Shown here one piece after another: positions 1 through 5,261 of a DNA stretch of 5,261 nucleotides; position 1 is the first letter of the stretch, and each line of letters begins with the position of its first letter. The notes beneath the pieces were generated by a model, which was not told where the DNA came from, did no database searches, and was given only the letters and a program-made list of their open reading frames with translations. This DNA comes from Paraspadella gotoi (lineage: Eukaryota > Animalia > Chaetognatha). The stretch spans positions 1 through 5,261 of the forward strand of contig JBJCIZ010001150.1 in the NCBI GenBank assembly GCA_051294375.1, read 5' to 3'. Both the position numbers and the translations under genes were made by a program.

Positions 1-193
1 TTCGGATAGAATTTCGCGTGCAGAAATATTTGGACGAATTTCTAAAAAAATATCACCCAGCGCAAAAAAAAATGGGAGGAAGGCGTTGGGGCGTTTAGGA
101 AAATGGCAAGCTTTCAATAAAAGCCATAATAATTACTCCATTATGATATGAAATTGGTACAACCAATATAAAAATTATCCATTCATTTTATAA

Positions 194-224
194 ATAAGCT
201 ATAAGCTATAAGCTATAAGCTATA
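194..224. repeat. Tandem heptamer (ATAAGCT)x4.4
   Basis: Four perfect ATAAGCT copies at 194, 201, 208 and 215, plus a partial ATA. Confidence 0.95.
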
Positions 225-345
225 TGGGTGAAAGAATGACGTGTTCATAAGTAGGCTCGAGCAGTCTTATAATATATTTACTTTGAAGAGAAATAATAAA
301 AAAAGCTATTAACTTTTGTATTAATTTACATTTTTTTTCATCAAG

Positions 346-612
346 CCTGCCCCCCTCGGCTTTGTGGAGGGTGTCTGCCCCTCTACACGCCCCTGGGTGG
401 AGAGAGAGAATTATCAACGGGAATCGATTTCTGCGCTGCGAATTTAAAAATACAGTCGATCCGTTTGAAACGAACCAAGCGTAGAAAGGAGGAAATCGTT
501 CGAAAACGGTGTTTAACTGTAGTGGGAGGAGTTCCGTTGGCGATGATCAAAGTTGGAAACTTGTTTTACTCTTTGCGAGAAGAGGATTTGGACGAATTCC
601 ATAGAGTTTTTA
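346..612 (+). repeat. Diverged dispersed direct repeat, copy A (partner 4611-4799)
   Basis: Colinear shared anchors: CCTGCCCCCC 346/4611, GATTTC 426/4632, GCGAA 438/4640, AGTCgAT-CCGTTTG 454 vs AGTCcATTCCGTTTG 4653, ATCGTT 495/4681, GTAGTGGG 519/4693, GGACGAA 590/4748. Confidence 0.6.
363..387 (+). other. Stem-loop, 9-bp stem with one G-U pair and 7-nt loop
   Basis: TGTGGAGGG (363-371) pairs with CCCTCTACA (379-387). Confidence 0.5.
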
Positions 613-622
613 TTTCACTCTG

Positions 623-792
<170 letters not shown>

Positions 793-799
793 CCATGTT

Positions 800-1070
800 C
801 ATTTTAATTCTTTTTCCCTCCTCTTGATTTCCCGCTGTTTCCAACTTTCAGTTATTCGTTTTTCTCCGACTTTACGTTTCCCTTTTCTTTGAGCTCATTT
901 TCTATTTCCCCGTTTTTTCCTACTTAACTAAATTCTTTCCAACTTAAAATTCTTTTTCATTTCTATTCCATATTTTCTAGTTTTTCTTCCAACTTTCCTC
1001 CCCATTTTTTTCTTATATCCACTTTCCTATTTCCCATTTATTTGCTCTATATTCTTTCACCCTTAATTTG
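800..1070. repeat. Pyrimidine-rich low-complexity region with degenerate internal repeats
   Basis: TTCCAACTT at 839, 937 and 987; CTATT(T)CC recurs; very few G on the + strand. Confidence 0.7.
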
Positions 1071-1094
1071 GAATTACAGTTTGAAAATCTCAAA

Positions 1095-1292
1095 TCTCTC
1101 TCTCTCTCTCTTCTCTCCTCTCTCCCTCCCCCCCCTCCCTTTCCCCTTCCTTCTCTCTCTCTCTCTCTTTCTCTCTTTTCACTCTCCTCTTCTCCCTCTT
1201 ATAATATATCTCCTCTCTCTCTCTCTTTCTCTTCAACCTCTCTTCTCTCTCCCTTTCCCTCTCCTCTCCTCCTCTTTCATTTCCCTCCTCTC

Positions 1293-1331
<39 letters not shown>

Positions 1332-1411
1332 CTCTTCTCTCTATTCTCTCTTTTCTCCATTTCGCTGCTATTCGGACAGGCTCGCCTCCGTCTCTCTCTT
1401 TCGCTTCCTTC
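1095..1411. repeat. Imperfect (CT)n polypyrimidine tract
   Basis: CT/CCT/CTT runs at 1095-1357 plus a short CT run at 1391-1411. Confidence 0.95.
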
Positions 1412-1456
1412 ATCAATGTTTGATTAAAAAAAAAAAAAACTCGAAAAATTCAAAAT

Positions 1457-1735
1457 ATGCAAATGAGGAGTAAATCTCGTCCGACGCCCGCCGCTCGTAG
1501 TTCGAACTTCGTTCCCTGGGAATCCTATCATGATGAACGACGACGACGACGGACGACGACGACGACGACGACGACGAACGACGACGACGACGACGGGCTG
1601 ACGCTGACTCTGACGACATACGAACTCATTATAACTATTGAGGAAAAATTAAATATCTCTCAGCCAATTGAATTTTTTCAGTCGCCAGGTCGGTCAACTT
1701 CGAATGACCATGGTGACTTGATGGTTAATTATTAA
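1457..1735 (+). CDS. Doubtful 92-aa ORF spanning the (ACG)n tract
   Basis: ATG in an A-rich context, non-repetitive N- and C-terminal parts, AATAAA at 1948-1953. However, the R/T/D runs come from frame-walking through a microsatellite and no domain is recognisable. Confidence 0.12.
   Translation: MQMRSKSRPTPAARSSNFVPWESYHDERRRRRTTTTTTTTNDDDDDGLTLTLTTYELIITIEEKLNISQPIEFFQSPGRSTSNDHGDLMVNY
1537..1615. repeat. (ACG)5-G-(ACG)8-A-(ACG)6 microsatellite followed by (CTGACN)3
   Basis: Direct reading: ACG blocks at 1537-1551, 1553-1576 and 1578-1595; CTGACG/CTGACT/CTGACG at 1598-1615. Confidence 0.97.
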
Positions 1736-1857
1736 CTACTAACTAACTAACGTAACTAACTAAGACTAACTAAACTAAACTAACTAACTAACTAAACTAA
1801 AAACTAACTAACTAACTAACTTAACTAACTAAACTAAAACTAATATTAATATTAACT
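1733..1857. repeat. Imperfect (AACT)n / (TTAG)n microsatellite
   Basis: Repeating AACT units with AAACT and other variants. Confidence 0.95.
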
Positions 1858-2117
1858 GTATTATTAAACTTCATCATGAATTTGTTATTCAACGAAATTA
1901 ACTAAGCGTCTGCCCGTTAAAAGTTAAAGTTTCTAACATGATATATAAATAAAGAATAGATTAAATTCCCAAAACTTCTCGACTACTCTTTAAATTGGCG
2001 ACGTCTTGAAGCGTTGCGACTCCGTGAGGCAAGAAATAGTCAAACAATTTTCTGCAACAATGTTACCGTCGAAAATAAAAAAGAAAGAAAAAAACGAAGA
2101 GGTGACGCATAAAAACA

Positions 2118-2150
2118 AACGATCGACAACAACAACGACAACGACAACAA
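2118..2150. repeat. Short (ACA/ACG)n tract
   Basis: AACGATCGAC followed by AACAACAACGACAACGACAACAA. Confidence 0.85.
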
Positions 2151-2249
2151 TAATTAAGACTTCACGAAAAACGGGGGATTAGAGATAGATAATTGATATT
2201 CACAGACCACTTTCTTCCGACGTAAAACTTTTAAATATCACAAAGCATT

Positions 2250-2327
2250 CATTTTGCCTCTCACCCAAGCATTTGCCTTCTCACCCCAAGCATTTGCCTC
2301 TCACCCAAGCATTGCCTCTCACCCAAG
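2250..2327. repeat. Minisatellite, 4 copies of ~19-bp CATTTGCCTCTCACCCAAG
   Basis: Copies at 2250-2269, 2270-2290, 2291-2309 and 2310-2327 (20, 21, 19, 18 bp) differ only in homopolymer lengths. Confidence 0.95.
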
Positions 2328-2361
2328 GCAACAACGGGATTCCTCAAGGCCTCAACCAACA

Positions 2362-2561
2362 CAAATTTCACGCGTCACTATTTTTGCAAATCTTTAAGCC
2401 GTTTTCACCCACGATGCGTCAGTGGCGTTTTCTCCTCGCGCGCAGCCACTCACCCGAGGCAAGAATCGAGTTAACGACCACGTGCGCCACTCACTTGTTT
2501 TGTGTAAGTTCTTGTGCCACGTGGGCGCCAGAATCGCGCGCCACTTTTCTCACTAATTCAC
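2362..2561 (+). repeat. GC-rich CGCGCCAC-motif cluster, copy C (partner 3181-3297)
   Basis: Shared with the partner: GCGCCACTCAC (2484/3250), GCCACGT (2516/3263), GCGCCA(G)AATCG (2525/3191), CAAATTTCWCGC (2362/3284). Confidence 0.6.
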
Positions 2562-2960
2562 CAGAGCAGCACACGGCCCGATCTGTGCCTCAGTTATACA
2601 GACTTTCAGAGCCAGTTGTTTTACTTTTAGTATTTAAAAAAAACAAAAAGTTAAAGTATTTGGAAAACCTACACAGATTTGATAAAGATTGTTTCTTGTG
2701 GTCTCATTAACAGTAACCCTATAGAACTCGTTAATAAACCAGATAGCGCCAAGGGTGTCCTTATTTAACCTGCCCAAAGAACTCTCATCTTTCTTTCGAT
2801 CTAGATTAATTGTATATAATTAATCGCTTTGGTATAACCATCTGTAAAAAGAAAAATAATGTGTATTAGTCGGTTAGAGTGAATGAATTGTTTTATACCA
2901 AATATGATCGTACCCTCTATACACTATATGGCTGTTGACTGATAGGAGGAAAGGTACTTT
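2553..2960 (-). pseudogene. Possible decayed spliced coding relic, product unknown
   Basis: Strong minus-strand 3' splice site (CTAAC/CTAAT, T-tract, CAG ending at 2842). Removing candidate introns 2913-2842 and 2668-2624 leaves a ~96-codon frame with one internal TAA at 2822-2820. No homology could be verified. Confidence 0.2.
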
Positions 2961-3180
2961 TTATGAAAGCTAGAGGAACTATGGAAACAGATACATAGAT
3001 TGTTGCTATTATGATGGTTATCAGAAAATATTCGAATTATCTTCAACCGATGGGAAAGCATTGTTGGTGAAGAGCTTCGGACTTCATTTGTTTAACTGTG
3101 ATATTATTACCATTGTTTAACCAGCCCCTCCGTAAAAGAACTTTATTTCCAAGAGTCTAAGCTAGTCACTAACATTCTCT

Positions 3181-3297
3181 CACTTCTCATGCGCCAAATC
3201 GTAGCGACACGTCACGCGACAACCAACGCGCCCCTCTTCCACTATTCACGCGCCACTCACGCGCCACGTCACGAATCTCGCACCAAATTTCTCGCAG
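3181..3297 (+). repeat. GC-rich CGCGCCAC-motif cluster, copy C'
   Basis: Tandem TCACGCGCCAC x2 (3246-3267), TCACGCGAC (3212-3220), and motifs shared with 2362-2561. Confidence 0.6.
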
Positions 3298-3365
3298 AAG
3301 GCGCGACAGAGACTGAATCCTCGTCGCTCCGACCGTAGAATCGCATTCAGCGAATTCGAGAATGA

Positions 3366-3460
3366 AGAGAGAGAGAGAGAGACGAGATATGGATGATCGA
3401 AGAGGAGAGAGAGAGGAGAGAGAGAGAGAGTGAGAGAGAGAGAAGAGAGAGAGAGGAGAC
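3366..3460. repeat. Imperfect (GA)n tract
   Basis: GA runs at 3366-3382 and 3399-3459. Confidence 0.95.
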
Positions 3461-3548
3461 ACTAAAAATCGAGAAGTCAGCTTTTCAGAGAAAAAGAGAT
3501 GATGACCCGCACCCACTAAAAAAAACGCAAAGTTGCTCCGTGGTCTTC

Positions 3549-3549
<1 letters not shown>

Positions 3550-3587
<38 letters not shown>

Positions 3588-3643
3588 CTCTCTCTCTCTC
3601 GCTTTCTCTCTCTCTCTCTCTCTCCTCTCTCTGTCTCTCTCTC
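3550..3643. repeat. Imperfect (CT)n tract
   Basis: Near-perfect CT at 3551-3600, interrupted thereafter. Confidence 0.97.
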
Positions 3644-3962
3644 ATTGTTATTTTTCATTATGTCTTTCAAATCTAACTAAGCTTAAAAAATTCGCGGGCA
3701 GCGGCTCCATTCTCATGTTTCGTTTCTGAAAACTAATAACGAAAATTACCCAATTATGCCTTTCAAGTTCAATGTTTATATAAAACAAAAAAAATAAGTA
3801 TTTTAAGTAGTTAACAGTAATTATCTTCCCACTCAACTTTTTTTTTTCCGCTTAGATTTGATCCGAAATCCGAATTGAATTTTTTCCTTTCCGGTTTAAC
3901 TTCAACCGATCGAGAGACGAAAATTCTTGAGATCTCATTTACATCACATATTTTCAAGAATA

Positions 3963-3982
3963 TCTCTACTCTTCTCTCTCTG

Positions 3983-4023
<41 letters not shown>

Positions 4024-4069
4024 CTCTCTCTCTCTCTCTCTCTCTTCCTCTCTCTCTCTCGTCTCTCTC
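3963..4069. repeat. Imperfect (CT)n tract
   Basis: CT runs interrupted by CGT, GCC and CTT. Confidence 0.97.
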
Positions 4070-4163
4070 TGCTCAATTCACTTTTTTCCCATCTTGGCTT
4101 TCGCGTTTCTATTTTGTGTCGACCGTCGAATCGAGATCCGTCACGTGATTTCGGGAGCATAAA

Positions 4164-4499
4164 ATGATTGACGACGATGACGACGATGACAACGACGATG
4201 ACAACGACGACGACCACGACAGCCATATCGATGAGAAGACCGCTCACCACAACACGTTGATGACAACGACAAAGACGCAGGACAAGACGAAGGCGACAAC
4301 GACTATGGATGACGATGACACGACAAATGACCTTCGACGGGACGACAAAGGTGATAAGAGAAAAATCGAGGAGAACGATCGACGACAACAACAACGGACG
4401 ACAACGACGACGACAACGACGACGACAACAACCTTCTTTCAATCTCATTTAATCTTACGTTCAATCTCTTCTTTTAAAATCCAATTGTTTAACTTTTAA
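4164..4499 (+). CDS. Doubtful 111-aa Asp/Thr-rich ORF
   Basis: AAAATG start context with GTCACGTGA upstream. The composition derives from an imperfect ACG/ACA repeat whose register switches between D and T. Confidence 0.12.
   Translation: MIDDDDDDDNDDDNDDDHDSHIDEKTAHHNTLMTTTKTQDKTKATTTMDDDDTTNDLRRDDKGDKRKIEENDRRQQQRTTTTTTTTTTTTFFQSHLILRSISSFKIQLFNF
4171..4431. repeat. Degenerate (ACG/ACA/ATG)n trinucleotide region
   Basis: Dense GAC/AAC/GAT triplets, purest at 4171-4220 and 4381-4431. Confidence 0.92.
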
Positions 4500-4610
4500 T
4501 AACATTAGATTCTTTTTTAATCATACAACATTTTTTTTTTTCCACGTTCAACTTAAAAAACCGATGTGATTCGACCGACTATCGATTTTTCCCTAAAATA
4601 AAAACTGTCA

Positions 4611-4799
4611 CCTGCCCCCCCAAAAAAAAGGGATTTCGGGCGAAGAGAAGAAAGTCCATTCCGTTTGCGTCAGGAAAGCGATCGTTTCCTGAGTAGTGGG
4701 TCAGTTGGTCGGTCGCGGAATCAGAGGGTTCAGAAGGTCAGGGGTGCGGACGAAAATATTTTTTGGGAGAGAGAGAATTCTCGAGGATGAGATTTCGCG
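4611..4799 (+). repeat. Diverged dispersed direct repeat, copy A'
   Basis: Colinear anchors shared with 346-612; also an exact GGAGAGAGAGAATT at 4766-4779 and 399-412. Confidence 0.6.
4670..4692. other. Near-perfect palindrome/hairpin TCAGGAAA(G)CGATCGTTTCCTGA
   Basis: Perfect 22-bp palindrome if the single G at 4678 is bulged out. Confidence 0.7.
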
Positions 4800-5043
4800 A
4801 TGGAAAAAAATGATTTGTGAGAAAAAGTTTTAAAGAGTAAATATTCGACAAATAATTTTGAAACTTGTGCCCAAAAAGTTGTAGGGGAAATTGTAGTTAT
4901 ATACAACATTATACGTTTTAAACGATGAGCAATTTGTGCAACAAAAATTTAAAAAAATCTGTTCCCGTGATACGTCATTGGTCTTTGAAAAAGAGATCAA
5001 CGCCAACGGCACGGGTTTTGATAAAGAGACATGGTCGGGTTGG

Positions 5044-5073
5044 GTCTGTCAGTCCGTCGGTCGGTCTGTCTGT
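5044..5073. repeat. (GTCN)7 tetranucleotide run
   Basis: GTCT GTCA GTCC GTCG GTCG GTCT GTCT GT. Confidence 0.85.
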
Positions 5074-5261
5074 TCTAAAATTCGCGGCCCGGCATCGGTT
5101 TTTTTCTCCTTCCAGTCTCGTCGTATTTTATTAAACTTTGTTAAAAAGCCAAAGGAGAAGGAATTCAAGGGCGAGAGTAAAAAGGGAGTGAGTAGAGAAA
5201 AAATGTATGAAAAAAAGAAGGAAAAGACTGAGAATAGGCTATATGAGAAAGCCATGGTGGT

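Noticed and set aside
1499-1508. AGTTCGAACT as a tRNA T-loop or Pol III B-box
   Set aside because: No A-box or cloverleaf; just a 10-bp palindrome.
1733-1857. Telomeric repeat
   Set aside because: The unit is TTAG, not TTAGG or TTAGGG; it is internal and irregular.
2250-2327. CRISPR array or plasmid iterons
   Set aside because: The repeats are contiguous with no spacers, there is no cas or rep gene, and the context looks eukaryotic.
2273-2710. 145-aa + strand ORF
   Set aside because: Starts at TTG inside the minisatellite, crosses compositionally unrelated segments and has no recognisable motif.
2944-2966. AGGAGG Shine-Dalgarno-like word upstream of an ATG
   Set aside because: The spacing is too long, the frame stops after 11 codons, and there is no prokaryotic context.
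2550-3020. Alternative genetic code (TAA/TAG=Gln) opening a ~157-codon minus-strand frame, including TAA TAG CAA CAA
   Set aside because: About 10 TAR codons and no TGA over this length is close to chance expectation for AT-rich DNA across six frames; there is no independent support.
3065-3160. Kinase subdomain I-II or PH-like look of minus-strand peptides (RGWLNNGNNITVKQMK)
   Set aside because: No GxGxxG loop and no downstream HRD/DFG motifs; too short to assign.
3187-4448. Overlapping SL/RE/V-rich ORFs
   Set aside because: Translations of GA, CT and CGT microsatellites in several frames at once.
4670-4700. Helitron 3' end or intrinsic terminator
   Set aside because: No CTRR about 10-12 nt after the hairpin and no U-tract.

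Overview
Most likely eukaryotic, largely non-coding DNA. It is saturated with simple repeats ((CTTT)26, several (CT)n tracts, one (GA)n tract, (ACG/ACA)n, (AACT)n, a 7-bp and a ~19-bp minisatellite) and CpG appears frequent by eye. I recognise no gene, RNA gene, CRISPR array or intact mobile element, and most supplied ORFs are low-complexity read-throughs of microsatellites. Beneath the repeats, three pairs of diverged direct repeats appear to be nested in the order A-B-C-[core]-C'-B'-A'. The unique ~600-bp core carries minus-strand splice signals and may be a decayed intron-containing gene. There is also a ~285-bp GA/CT fold-back. All alignments were done by eye. An rDNA-spacer-like region or nested degenerate repeats are hypotheses only.
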